Part shown: positions 9,901 to 17,979 of the stretch, in pieces
How positions within the stretch are numbered: the stretch's first letter is position 1
Layout of the letters: every line of letters starts with the position of its first letter
Source: Elusimicrobiota bacterium
GTDB lineage: Bacteria > Elusimicrobiota > Elusimicrobia > UBA1565 > JACRDR01
NCBI GenBank assembly: GCA_041694815.1
Contig: JBGFSC010000021.1
Location: 18,498 to 82,497, forward strand
Direction: 5' to 3'
Length of the DNA: 64,000 bases
Program-made: the position numbers and the translations under genes
Notes under the pieces: generated by a model
Databases searched by the model: none
What the model was told of the DNA's origin: nothing
Seen by the model: only the letters and a program-made list of their open reading frames with translations

Positions 9901-12900
9901 GTCGCCGCCGATGGCGTAAATCTTGCCTCGGGCAGCCGCGGCGGCAAGCCCCATGCGCGCGTTCGGCATCGGGGCCCGCGCGGTCCAAGTGTCGGCCGCT
10001 GGGTCGTATTCTTCGTTGATATTGAGTCGGGAACCGTTCGTGCCGCCGAGGACGTAGATCTTGCCTCCGATGACTGCCGCCGCCATACGGCTCCGGCCGG
10101 TCGGCATCGGCGCCTTCGTCACCCAGTTGTTGGCTTGGAGGTCGTATTTTTCGGTCTTGGTTAATGCGGCCGAACCGCCGATTACATAGACATTGCTCGA
10201 AACGGAGGCGGCAATCATGTAGCTCCGGGTGATCGGCGCCTTCGAATCCCATTGATTCGTCAGGGTGTCGTAGGCGTCCGTCTCCGCGAAGTCCCCGCCA
10301 AAGGCGTAGATCGTCTTGTTGATGGCCGCCGCGGCCAATCCGGCCTTGGCGGAGGTAATATCCGGCAGGCCCGCCCAGGTTTCGCTCGCGGGATTATAAG
10401 CCTCAAACGCCTGGGTAGGTATCGGTCCGGTAGTCTTACCTGCCACTACGTAAATCTTCCCATCCAGCGCCGCGGCCGCGGCCTCGGTACGCGGTGTGGT
10501 GATCGGCTTGGTGGAGGTCCAGGTATTGAAAGCGGGGTCATACACCTCGTTTTTATCCAGAATGCTAGCTCCATTGTAGCCGCCGACCGCGTAAATTTTG
10601 CCCAAGACTGCCGCGGCCGTAAGATCATAGCGGCCCGTGATCATGGAGCTGACGACCGTCCAAGTATTTCCCTTTCTCCAAGCGCCATAGGCTCCATCCT
10701 TGGCGATATTCGTGGCCGACAGGCCCTGGTCGAGGTTCATGAAGGCCGGAGTCGGGGCATAGGCCGAGGCGACAATGGTGTTGCTCGTCACCTCATCAAT
10801 GTAGACCTGAGTCGGGGTGGCCGAGAGTGTCAAGGTCGAGCCGATGGTCAGATAGGGGCTGGCGACGGAATTATGATTGACGGCCCGGACGAAGGCCGTA
10901 TAGGTAGTGTTGTCGAGCAGGCCGCTCACCGTCGCGAACGGAGTGGCGCCGGTCGGCGCAGTCGACAGCCTCACGTCACCACTGTAGTTTAAAGTGGGCA
11001 AACTGCCCGTTGTGAACACGACCGTGTATGTGGTCACATTGATTGGATTCCCGTTGCTGTTCCACTTCACGCTGACATTGTTGGCGTTGACCTTCGCGAT
11101 GGCATTGGCCACCAAGGACGGGGTCGCCGCAAGCGACGCGGTGGAACCCAAGAAGGAGTAATTCGTCTGAACGCCGGCATGGTTAACCGCGTTGACGAAT
11201 AGAGAGTAGGTGGTGTTGGGGGAGAGGCCCGCCAGCATCACGGAGGCGAAGTTAATCGTGACGGTCGACGCGTTTCCGCTGTTGGAATTTGGGTAGTCCG
11301 AAGAGGTCGTCAACACGACCGTGTAGGTCGTGACCCCGATCGGGTTCGTGCCGCCAAGCCACGTGGAGGCGATCGAGTACGAGGAGATCGAAGTAAACGT
11401 CGGGCTCGCCTGGACCGCGAGCGCGGCGAGGGTCACCGTCGACACTGAAGTCGGGTTATAGGCGATATAATCGCCCCAGACGGCCGCCACCCAGAAGTGA
11501 TAGGTCGTATTTGTCAACAAGGAACCGGGTGACAGCGGGGAAGCGGCTCCGACGGCGCTATAGATGTCGCCGCTGAAATCTGATGCCGTCGTCGCATCCA
11601 CCCGATAGGCGTCGGCGTTCGGGGTAGTACCGCTGAAGGCGATCGTGGCGCTCGAGACGTATGACGCGCTGACCGAAGGCGCGCCGGGCGGATCGGGCGT
11701 CTTCGAGGCCTCGGCGGTCCCTCCAGTGGAGCCTAGGTTGGCCCTAGCCCCATTGGGCGAGGGCTCGGAGGAAAACGCCTCGCTGGGCTCTGCGGCGTCT
11801 AGGGTTCCCGAGGTAGTCGTATCGCTGACAAAGCCGCCGGGAGTCCAGCGTCCTGCCTGCGAGCGAGGATGGAAATTTTCTGTTCCTACGGAGGGATCGA
11901 ACCATCGCGGATTTAGGGAGATCGAATCGCGGTCATAACCCGTCGCGTTCTGCCAGCCGCCCGAAGACAGGGAGTAGGCGTAATTTCCCCATATCGCCGT
12001 ATTGACGCCGTTGGGGCTAAACCAGTCGTTATAGTCGGAATAAAACGTCGATTGGCTGTCGGTTCCGACTACGATCGAGGCCGACGAGCCGCTCACCGTC
12101 CAGGAACTTAAAAAGATGTTGCTTTTCACGGTATTGCCAGTTGAAAACGAGCTCAGGCGTATCTGGTAGGCGTCCGTCAGACTGGTACCGGTGCTGTTGA
12201 AATCGTTGAATTTCAAGGCGCTGCCAACCGTCGCCGAGAAGAATATGGTTTCGACGCTGCCCGCGTTGATCATGCCCGGATTTGAAAAGCGGTTGTGGTC
12301 GATCGCCAATTGCGAGGAGTTGTAGGCATATAGGCCGTAACTGCGGTTCCCCGCGCCGCCTCCCGCGTTGCGCCAATAAATCCCATTATTTCGAACGACA
12401 GCGCTGCTCACCTTGCTGAAATAGAGCCCATACGTGCTCCAGCTCGCTGGCGGAGTTACCAATACCGTATTGGAGGTAAGGAAAATAGACGCGCTGGCCA
12501 CGGGCGTCGAAATCAAAATTCCGTACCGCGCCCCGGATAAGACGGTATTGGTCGCAAGAACAATACTGCCGGCCGCGCCGATATCGATCGATACTCCAGC
12601 TCCCTGGCTGCCGCCGACAATCGTGTTCAACGACGCCGTCAGGCTTACATTCCCTCCTGTAAGCCTTAGGCCGTCTCCGGTCGAGGCGCTGGCCTCGAAT
12701 TGGCAGGCGTTAAGCGTTGTCCCCGTTGAGCCAAAGACGCGGATGGCGCCTGAGCCTCGAATATAGGTCCCGGTGATCGTGATGGAAGACACGGCGTCGA
12801 GGTCGGCCCCAAAGCCGCCTCCGCTGGTGATACTGCTGTTGCTTATCGTATTGTACGCGGCACCGCTGTACAATGACGCCGCCGTAGCGTTGATGCCGGA

Positions 12901-14490
12901 ATTGGATATATAGCTCTGAGTAATGGTGTTTGAGGAAGCACCCCCGACCGCTAAGGTGGCCCAGCCGCCATTACTGATCATGGAGCTTTGGCCTATCGTA
13001 TTGTTGTAAACACCCGAGCCGGATAGCGCGGCCGCGGCGCCGGAGGGGTTGGACATCGTGCTGCCCAAAAATTGATTCCAAGCGGAATAATAAAGATAGA
13101 GGGCGTACTGCGAGCCGTTGCTGGTGATGGTGCTTTGGCTGATCACGTTGTAGGAAGAAAATTCCAAGTAGGCGGCGATGCCTGAAGGATTCGACATATA
13201 GGACTGGGTAACCGTATTAGAAGAGGAAGAAATGAGGCGCAACGCCCCCGCGCCAGAAACGTTGCTCGTCATGGAGCTTCGACTGATCGTGTTATAGTTC
13301 GAGGCAGACTCAATTTTAACCGCGTTGTCTGCTGGATTGGCGAAATTGCTTTCAATAATGCTGTTGGAGGAAGCGGCGATAAGCGATAGAGCGGCTGCCG
13401 ATAGCACATTGGTCGTAGCCGTGCTGTTGGAGATCGTCGAATTGCTCCCGACGAGCTGAATGCCGTGGGCGCTAGTCATCGTGACGCTGGAATAAGACAG
13501 CGATGAGAAACTGCTGATAACGATGCCCGCCGTAGTAATGGGAGTATAGACGGAGACGCTGCTGATACGCACCTGCGCCGAAGAGGCGAAAATGCCGTAT
13601 TTGTGGTCCATCGCGGTCATCGGCCTGATCTCGAGGCCCTGCACCACGACGCTGGTGTTGCGGATCGTAAATACCGCGCTGCTTGTCGCCACGGTATTAG
13701 GCCCCAACACAGGCCTCGAACTCACGAAGGTCGGGTCCGACATGACCTTAAGCAGATAGCCGTTGCTGGCAAAGCCCTCCACCGTTACCCGCTCCGTGTA
13801 TGTCGCCGTATCCCGGATCACCACGCAGGTATCCGTCGTCAGATTTTTGTTTAGAGCGCTGATGGCGGCCTGAATACTCGAATAGGTTCGGCTGCCGTCC
13901 TTGGCCACGTTATTGCCTGCGCCGCAGCCGGGGGGCAACTCGGGATGTGTCGTGGCGCTGCTCAAATTCAGCGGCCCCGCATCGTCGCCATCCATATAAG
14001 ACGTAAAAATCCGGGCGAAATAGGTGGTATTATCGCGCAGTCCGATAACTGTGGCACTATTGCCGAAACTAAAAGCGGTAAACGTGCTGCCGCTGAAATC
14101 GGACATGGACGACACCGTAACGATGTACTGCGCCCCGGCAGGGTTGCCGGGGTTAGACCACTGGAACGTGATGGAGGTGATGAACACGGTCGACGAGACG
14201 TTGACGGGAGACTGCACGAGCGCCGAGAAATAGCCGGCCTCGGCCGTCGTTTTCGACACGAGCTCCTGCATCCCGAGCGTGCCAACTTGACCGAGGCTTA
14301 CGTCGACCGTCACCCCACCGCCGCTCAAACCCACGCTGCCGGCCGCGCCGGTGGTCAGGTCATCGACGATGACGGTGCTCCCATTGGATTTCTGCCCAGC
14401 CGCGAACAGCGGCTGAACGGCCCATAGAGCGGCCGCGCAGAGCATCAGCGGCGCTTTTCGTGCGATCGTCTTTAGGTGACTACCGATCAC
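3922..14490 (-). CDS. Giant (3522 aa) surface protein: beta-helix, about 22 FN3-like repeats, Kelch propeller, carboxypeptidase-regulatory-like domains, T9SS type A/FlgD-like C-terminal domain
   Basis: Signal peptide; parallel beta-helix repeats (SSNTITQS-type); 22 counted L-x-x-N-T-x-Y-type motifs; six Kelch repeats (IYxxGG..YDP..W); C-terminus VFAFPNP..IFDIAGNLLR..WDLNNSRGEGVASGVYLF..KKIAVVK. Confidence 0.85.
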   Translation of the reverse strand: MIGSHLKTIARKAPLMLCAAALWAVQPLFAAGQKSNGSTVIVDDLTTGAAGSVGLSGGGVTVDVSLGQVGTLGMQELVSKTTAEAGYFSALVQSPVNVSSTVFITSITFQWSNPGNPAGAQYIVTVSSMSDFSGSTFTAFSFGNSATVIGLRDNTTYFARIFTSYMDGDDAGPLNLSSATTHPELPPGCGAGNNVAKDGSRTYSSIQAAISALNKNLTTDTCVVIRDTATYTERVTVEGFASNGYLLKVMSDPTFVSSRPVLGPNTVATSSAVFTIRNTSVVVQGLEIRPMTAMDHKYGIFASSAQVRISSVSVYTPITTAGIVISSFSSLSYSSVTMTSAHGIQLVGSNSTISNSTATTNVLSAAALSLIAASSNSIIESNFANPADNAVKIESASNYNTISRSSMTSNVSGAGALRLISSSSNTVTQSYMSNPSGIAAYLEFSSYNVISQSTITSNGSQYALYLYYSAWNQFLGSTMSNPSGAAAALSGSGVYNNTIGQSSMISNGGWATLAVGGASSNTITQSYISNSGINATAASLYSGAAYNTISNSSITSGGGFGADLDAVSSITITGTYIRGSGAIRVFGSTGTTLNACQFEASASTGDGLRLTGGNVSLTASLNTIVGGSQGAGVSIDIGAAGSIVLATNTVLSGARYGILISTPVASASIFLTSNTVLVTPPASWSTYGLYFSKVSSAVVRNNGIYWRNAGGGAGNRSYGLYAYNSSQLAIDHNRFSNPGMINAGSVETIFFSATVGSALKFNDFNSTGTSLTDAYQIRLSSFSTGNTVKSNIFLSSWTVSGSSASIVVGTDSQSTFYSDYNDWFSPNGVNTAIWGNYAYSLSSGGWQNATGYDRDSISLNPRWFDPSVGTENFHPRSQAGRWTPGGFVSDTTTSGTLDAAEPSEAFSSEPSPNGARANLGSTGGTAEASKTPDPPGAPSVSASYVSSATIAFSGTTPNADAYRVDATTASDFSGDIYSAVGAASPLSPGSLLTNTTYHFWVAAVWGDYIAYNPTSVSTVTLAALAVQASPTFTSISSYSIASTWLGGTNPIGVTTYTVVLTTSSDYPNSNSGNASTVTINFASVMLAGLSPNTTYSLFVNAVNHAGVQTNYSFLGSTASLAATPSLVANAIAKVNANNVSVKWNSNGNPINVTTYTVVFTTGSLPTLNYSGDVRLSTAPTGATPFATVSGLLDNTTYTAFVRAVNHNSVASPYLTIGSTLTLSATPTQVYIDEVTSNTIVASAYAPTPAFMNLDQGLSATNIAKDGAYGAWRKGNTWTVVSSMITGRYDLTAAAVLGKIYAVGGYNGASILDKNEVYDPAFNTWTSTKPITTPRTEAAAAALDGKIYVVAGKTTGPIPTQAFEAYNPASETWAGLPDITSAKAGLAAAAINKTIYAFGGDFAETDAYDTLTNQWDSKAPITRSYMIAASVSSNVYVIGGSAALTKTEKYDLQANNWVTKAPMPTGRSRMAAAVIGGKIYVLGGTNGSRLNINEEYDPAADTWTARAPMPNARMGLAAAAARGKIYAIGGDDGTGHNRNEEYDPGVSAVFNGLTPNTLYTFKAKSRNAAGTESPESPSFSTYTFAAQPLELAAPFLSIHADSVTFQWGANNNPGSTEYRFQISSSAAFNFPGDQISAWGVMGSSSALGLIPNTLYYLRAKARNTYGTETDYASIGSTRTRAAPPGAAAFSNVSAAGLRANWNANGNPVGTQYVAEISTDNFISLNLASTTVNSFAQFGTGGFGPALLANTTYFLKVKAISADNVSSSFTALGSTSTLANPPTSASLATNVTSISLTWNTNANSTWTLYNAQISTDSFGSVNASSVTFGSTATFAGLTSNATYYLKVQALNSGGTGTSFTSALTTATLVAAPVALAPSGVGSGQITANWGINGNSTHTVYTAQISTYSGFSPSSPNAEVGQSSQTFNNNAIFAGLLSANTYYFRVKAQGFTGETAFVMLPSTITLPQPPGLASPTYTKVEISSVSVQWTANGNGPSTLYVAQVSTDDFATINASSSTLSLSALFGATGEGPALIANTSYYFRVQANNGALGSSVLPLGSTATLAAAPIAAAVSNIDTTTVQVNWGGNGNPMMKTTFTVLVSTGPSPYNNGFSGNLSSNTLYTSLMRPGLTPNTTYYFDVRARNHNGIETSVAALGSTVTWAAAPIASNIVFGESWVSPVWTPNNNPTGTLYVAEISTDNFVTVNLSSTTASNSARFGAGGYGPALAANTLYYLRTKAVNYNGVSSTFTVIGSTFTQAVYPMSPTTSVSVSSAVLVWSPSVNPVGTLYRAQISTDSFATVNNSSQTLSTAAVFVGLLANTSYFLRVEAINGFGLATGFVTAAATATTVALPISQAPSAVAATSLTLNWGGNSNSTNTVYTAQISTYASFSPASGSNEISATTDTLNNSVAFSGLLASTTYYARVQARGYSATTAFVILPSTITTPLPPAVATPRFLATNVSNIVVQWSDGGNGPGTVYVAEIADNAGFSPVLFSSSTANLSANFGTGGAGGALIANTTYFFQVKATNGSLSSGFIQLGSTSTLAAAPVADTPLFTALSSESIRANWTSTNPLGTRYVAVFSTGASPSTNAFAGNASSSTLNSFAVAPVSLIPNTTYFVDVRAINNNDVATAVVPLGSTATLAALPTALPYTAVTGASLQANWSNAGNPLNRTTYTVVLSSGASPSTNGFGGNQLSSVTATSKVFSGLTPNTVYFVEVQALNFNGMATAFASMGSTATLANAPTSPAAVAAGISAITMSWNTNSNPAGTTFLAQVSTDNFSTVSASSQTLSSTATFSGLASNTTYYLQVSAISFSGAATAAVPAPSSATLPAPPIAAAQTAISSYSITANWLGNGNSTNTFYLAQISTDSFNTVNDSSRTLNTSAVFSGLAPGATYAFQVRAEGYSQSTAFVALGSTRTLIPPPGAVVPALANVSEFSLEARWSPGDNGPQTSYAAEISVDNFATVLLTSTTLSTSAVFGGGAFTLTPNTTHYLRVRATNGAAASAFLNIGSTATLATVPTAAAFTNVSSSALTANWTANGNPAGTRYRAVLSSGASPSTNGFAGNLSSTTLSLSSLFSGLTLNVTYYVDVQAINHNGVATAFAVLGSTLTQLTVDVTPPAAVTDLSASASSTTVSAGQVLLTWTSPGDDGAVGTITTGKTAVQYSTFTAGVVYSTQNAQVVTVTANMIPGTKRSQTISGLTPGTTYFFRMWVQDTIGNWSGISNSTAAVAFGATQITGHVMNVSSQGITAVQIDCTASGYSQTVFTVADGSGSFTLNNVPPGVYKLQATWTANGITSSVWQDNIAVGSVNVDFVLNVNYTLSTLTGTLHTLTVSKSGGFSPSRYAPASSIITAQDFAKSHVELYVEGRKAAEVAVAPNGRWTIPNLLPGKYGVRAYNGLEYTEMNTIQLGEGETKDVGFVVNPLPNDKVFAFPNPARRSTTIRFATSLAPLEAQVMIFDIAGNLLREIPGSEMVSSAPGVYHAAWDLNNSRGEGVASGVYLFTVKVRGGSEQQTASVTKKIAVVK

Positions 14491-14523
14491 TTTTCCTCGA
14501 TCTGGAGAATCACTGAACCAGCA

Positions 14524-16167
14524 TTATTGGCACACGATCCTGACACAGGCTCCGCCCGACACCGAGCTGACGCTGCACGAATTAACCCCGACGCAGTCAA
14601 ATTTGATAAAGCGAGTGGCACCGCCCATATAGAGTATCGATGGACAGGTGCTGCTGGAGTCGTCGCCGACGGCGAATGTCACCACCCTTCCGGAACTGCA
14701 GTTGGCAGTCGCCGTACACGGATGCATGCAGCCGGCTGGGACCACTTCCGGCGTGCGGCTGAGTCCGAGGTATGTTCCCCCGTTCTCGGACACCTGGAAT
14801 TTGTTAGACGTTGAATCGAAGTAAATCGCCCCTTGGCCTGCCGAGGAGAGAGGGGGCGCCGAGACGCCGGCGAGTGTCATGGAACTGCGCAGGATCATGC
14901 CGCCGTCGACGTCCAGCTTTCTTGCCGGCGACGTGGTGCCGATGCCGACGCTCCCTACGCTTGTTACGGTCAATGTTGCGGTTCCCACTTGGAATAAGGT
15001 TCCTGCTGCCGGCGCTGACACTCCCAAGGTCAACGTGTCGTAAATACGGACATTCCTGCTACCGACCACGGTTCCGGCTCCTACGACGCTCATGGAGTTT
15101 GCATCAAAGATTCGGTAATCGATTGATCCGGCGTCGGTGGCGTCTCCCGCATTCTGCTGCATCCGCCACTGCCTGCCTCCCAGGTTCGCCATCGATGTGG
15201 AATCGCTGCCCGCCGAACCGCTGATGCTCAACGGCGCCTGCGGATTCGTCGTCCCGATCCCTACCCTTCCGGTGCTTGTAATCTGCATGACCCGATCGTT
15301 TATATTCGGTCCCGTGCTCACGATTAACGGGATGACGCCGGCGGACCCTTGGATCTCCATTCTCGATATGGGGCTGGTGGTCCCGACTCCGACGGTTCCA
15401 TCCGCCCGCACGACGAGCCGATCCTGCCCCCCGCCCGAGGAAGCCTGAAATACGAAAACCGACGCGGAGCCCACCGATGTGGAGACATGCAAGGTCGCGG
15501 TCGGCGCTGTCGTCCCGATGCCCACGTTTCCGCCCTGGTTGATCTGGAAAACCTTCGCGTTTACGGACGAGTCGTAAAAAGCGATGTTGTCCGCAGGAGC
15601 CCCGTAATTCTCGGTCAAAAGCCATTTCTCCGAATCAGAGCGCGAGAAGGTGAGGGTAGGATTGGAGCCTCCGGACTCATTGATCCTTATGGCCGGATTG
15701 CTGCCGGTAATCTTGAAGTTCCGGCTATTGATGAACACCTCGGTAGATATCGTCACTCCGGCCCCGTAGGGATTGCCGACCAGCGTCGTCGCGCTGGAGG
15801 CGTACATGGCAAAAGGGGTGGCGGTCAGCCGCTCGCGCGGAGATAACGTTGTCGCGGGTGGATCGATGCTGCCGACGACTACCTCGACCCACCATTGCCC
15901 GCTGGTCAGGTCCACGCTGGCGGGCACCGTGAACGTGGAGCGGAAAAGACCGTTCGTGACGCCGACGCCCTGGCTGCCCGTATCGATGCAGCCGCCGCCG
16001 CTCTCGCTGGGGCAGAGATAAATCCTCACGAATCGATTGCCCGTGACGGGTATATTCGACTCCTTCAGTCGTCCCTGATACGTCGCGATGCTGGGCGCCG
16101 CCCCCCATGTTTCGCCAGCCGAAAAGGCCGCCAGGGTGGCCGCCAGGATAATGTTTGTCCTTTTCAT
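14524..16167 (-). CDS. Exported GxVGIGTT-repeat fibre-like protein with Cys-rich C-terminus
   Basis: AAGGAG SD before ATG 16167 (MKRTNIIL); N-terminal TYQGRL motif; four (N/R/S/T)VG(I/V)GTT repeats typical of tail-fibre-like trimeric proteins; C-terminal region with 8 Cys. Confidence 0.7.
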   Translation of the reverse strand: MKRTNIILAATLAAFSAGETWGAAPSIATYQGRLKESNIPVTGNRFVRIYLCPSESGGGCIDTGSQGVGVTNGLFRSTFTVPASVDLTSGQWWVEVVVGSIDPPATTLSPRERLTATPFAMYASSATTLVGNPYGAGVTISTEVFINSRNFKITGSNPAIRINESGGSNPTLTFSRSDSEKWLLTENYGAPADNIAFYDSSVNAKVFQINQGGNVGIGTTAPTATLHVSTSVGSASVFVFQASSGGGQDRLVVRADGTVGVGTTSPISRMEIQGSAGVIPLIVSTGPNINDRVMQITSTGRVGIGTTNPQAPLSISGSAGSDSTSMANLGGRQWRMQQNAGDATDAGSIDYRIFDANSMSVVGAGTVVGSRNVRIYDTLTLGVSAPAAGTLFQVGTATLTVTSVGSVGIGTTSPARKLDVDGGMILRSSMTLAGVSAPPLSSAGQGAIYFDSTSNKFQVSENGGTYLGLSRTPEVVPAGCMHPCTATANCSSGRVVTFAVGDDSSSTCPSILYMGGATRFIKFDCVGVNSCSVSSVSGGACVRIVCQ

Positions 16168-16177
16168 ATTCGTCTCC

Positions 16178-17122
16178 TTACCTGCCATGGGTGCCTCCGA
16201 AGCGGAGGGATGCGGAAAAGCGATGGGCGTTGCCGAGCTCCCCGTAAGGCATGATGGCGTAGTCCAGGCTGCCCAATTTCGAATTAAAGCCCGCGCCCAT
16301 GAACATGCCGTAGAACTCCGAAAGGCCCGAGCCCGTGCTGCCTAAGGCCTTGCCCAGCACCGCCCCGCGCTGGACGCTGCTGAAGGTGCGGTACCCCGCG
16401 CGGAGGTTGAACGGCCCGAAGGCCGCGTACTCGAAGCCGAGCCGCAGCACCGGGTCGGAATCCCGCGCGAAATCCATGCCGATGCTCAAGGCGTGCGGGA
16501 AGGATTTCGAGAGCCCGTAGGTCACGCCGGTGCGCAGGACCAGTGGCAGCGGCGAACTTTCCTCCACGAATTTAAGCCCGGTGCCGATATTGGCGAGCCC
16601 GACGCCGATGGAGAAGGGACGGGAGAAGCGGTAGAGCGCCCCCAAATCCGCGGCGTAGGCCGTGGCCGAATAGGTTCCGATCGTTTCCCGGATGTACTTT
16701 CCCGTGACCCCCAGTCCCAAGCCGCCGAATTTGCGGCCGTAGCTGAGCCCCAAGCACATGTCGGAAGCGCCGAAGGAGCCGTCCGGAGCGGCCGTCTCGC
16801 TGGTGCGCGCCTCGATATCGCCCAGGGTAAGATAGGTCATGCTGATGCCAAAGGGCCGGCGGGCGAAGGCCATCTGCGTGAGCCGGATGTCCTGGATATG
16901 AAACGACTGAGACATGAATACCTCGTAAGGGCGATATCCCGGCGAGGAAAATGAGGCGGGATAGGCAAGCCCGGCTGGATTGTAATGGATCCCCGACACA
17001 TCGTCAGCCATGGCCACGAAGGATTCCCCCATCCCCAGGGCCCGCGCGCCGAAGCCCAGCTTGAGGAAAGCTGCCGACGAGGTTCCCGGGCCGGCGGCCT
17101 GAACGCCGAGTGAAAAAAGCAT
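16178..17122 (-). CDS. PorV/PorQ (UPF0164)-family outer-membrane beta-barrel
   Basis: Hallmark FLKLGFGARALGMGESFVAMADDVSGIHYNPAGLA and C-terminal ..GELGNAHRFS. Confidence 0.88.
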   Translation of the reverse strand: MLFSLGVQAAGPGTSSAAFLKLGFGARALGMGESFVAMADDVSGIHYNPAGLAYPASFSSPGYRPYEVFMSQSFHIQDIRLTQMAFARRPFGISMTYLTLGDIEARTSETAAPDGSFGASDMCLGLSYGRKFGGLGLGVTGKYIRETIGTYSATAYAADLGALYRFSRPFSIGVGLANIGTGLKFVEESSPLPLVLRTGVTYGLSKSFPHALSIGMDFARDSDPVLRLGFEYAAFGPFNLRAGYRTFSSVQRGAVLGKALGSTGSGLSEFYGMFMGAGFNSKLGSLDYAIMPYGELGNAHRFSASLRFGGTHGR

Positions 17123-17233
17123 TGGGGCTAAAGCGGAAAAGAATATCGCCAGGGCAAGGCGGCGGTGGACGGCTTGAAGCGGGTGTATTATCGATTTCTC
17201 CTGATAAATACCGCACTAATATGGAAGGCTCGT

Positions 17234-17260
17234 TTGACGATTTTGTTACGGCGGTTATAC
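17234..17260. promoter_or_regulatory. 11-bp-period direct repeats, candidate OmpR/PhoB-family binding site
   Basis: Minus strand GTATA-n6-GTAAC-n6-GTCAA, in the divergent porV-like/TPR-kinase intergenic region. Confidence 0.4.
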
Positions 17261-17311
17261 AAAAATGAGTCGTGACAAAAGTCACAAAGAAGCCTGAAGG
17301 AGCCTCCAAAA

Positions 17312-17340
17312 TTGACAAGAATGGACGCCTCTGTTATCCT
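17312..17340 (+). promoter_or_regulatory. sigma70-type promoter for TPR-kinase operon
   Basis: TTGACA-17 bp-TATCCT with extended TG; ATG 9 nt downstream. Confidence 0.7.
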
Positions 17341-17349
17341 ACCCGCGAA

Positions 17350-17979
17350 ATGGGTCGCTTCTCGATAGGAGCGGCGACGGCCCTTGCCTTCTCGATCCAT
17401 GCGACGCCGCTGGCGGCCGTCGAACCGAGCCGCCCCGCGGCTTCCTCCTCCACCTCGCCCGCGGTCGGCATGCCTTCGACGCTCGGCGAGCTGTTGGCCG
17501 AAATCAAGTCGGCCTACGGCCGCGGCGACTACAACCGTGGGCTGGCGCTGGTCCAGCGGGCCTTCGAGCTCGAGGGCACCGACGTCTCCTCGATGGACCG
17601 GATCGGCTCGGTGTACTACGTCCTCGGCCGCTACGGGGAAGCCATAACGATCTGGCAGCGCTCGCTCCCTTTGGAGCACAGCCCCTTGCGTCGCCGCCAA
17701 CTGGAGAATTCGATCGCGGTCGCCCGCCGCAGCCTGGGGCTGGCCCCGCCGCCGACGGCCGGCGCCCCCGCCGCCAAGCCCATCCGCCGCCGCGCGCGCA
17801 AACGCGCCGACCCGCGCCAAGTCGCCAAGCTTTACAAGAGCGGCATACGCTACTACGCGCAGGGGGAGTACCTGCAGGCCACCACCGCGTTCCTGCGCGT
17901 GCTGGAGCTCGATCCCGAGAACGCGGACGCCAAACGAGCCCTCAAGCGGCTGCGTTTGGAGCCGGGCCCCGCCCCATGA
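17350..17979 (+). CDS. Exported TPR protein
   Basis: Start reassigned to ATG 17350 (MGRFSIG.., signal peptide); TPR motifs (GSVYYVLGRYGEAITIWQRSL; GIRYYAQGEYLQA..VLELDPENADA); ATGA overlap with the kinase. Confidence 0.8.
   Translation: MGRFSIGAATALAFSIHATPLAAVEPSRPAASSSTSPAVGMPSTLGELLAEIKSAYGRGDYNRGLALVQRAFELEGTDVSSMDRIGSVYYVLGRYGEAITIWQRSLPLEHSPLRRRQLENSIAVARRSLGLAPPPTAGAPAAKPIRRRARKRADPRQVAKLYKSGIRYYAQGEYLQATTAFLRVLELDPENADAKRALKRLRLEPGPAP

Noticed and set aside
5175..11650. Recurring DNA similarity suggestive of a CRISPR or other array
   Set aside because: Degenerate, in-frame coding repeats of FN3 modules; no constant repeat-spacer structure and no cas genes.
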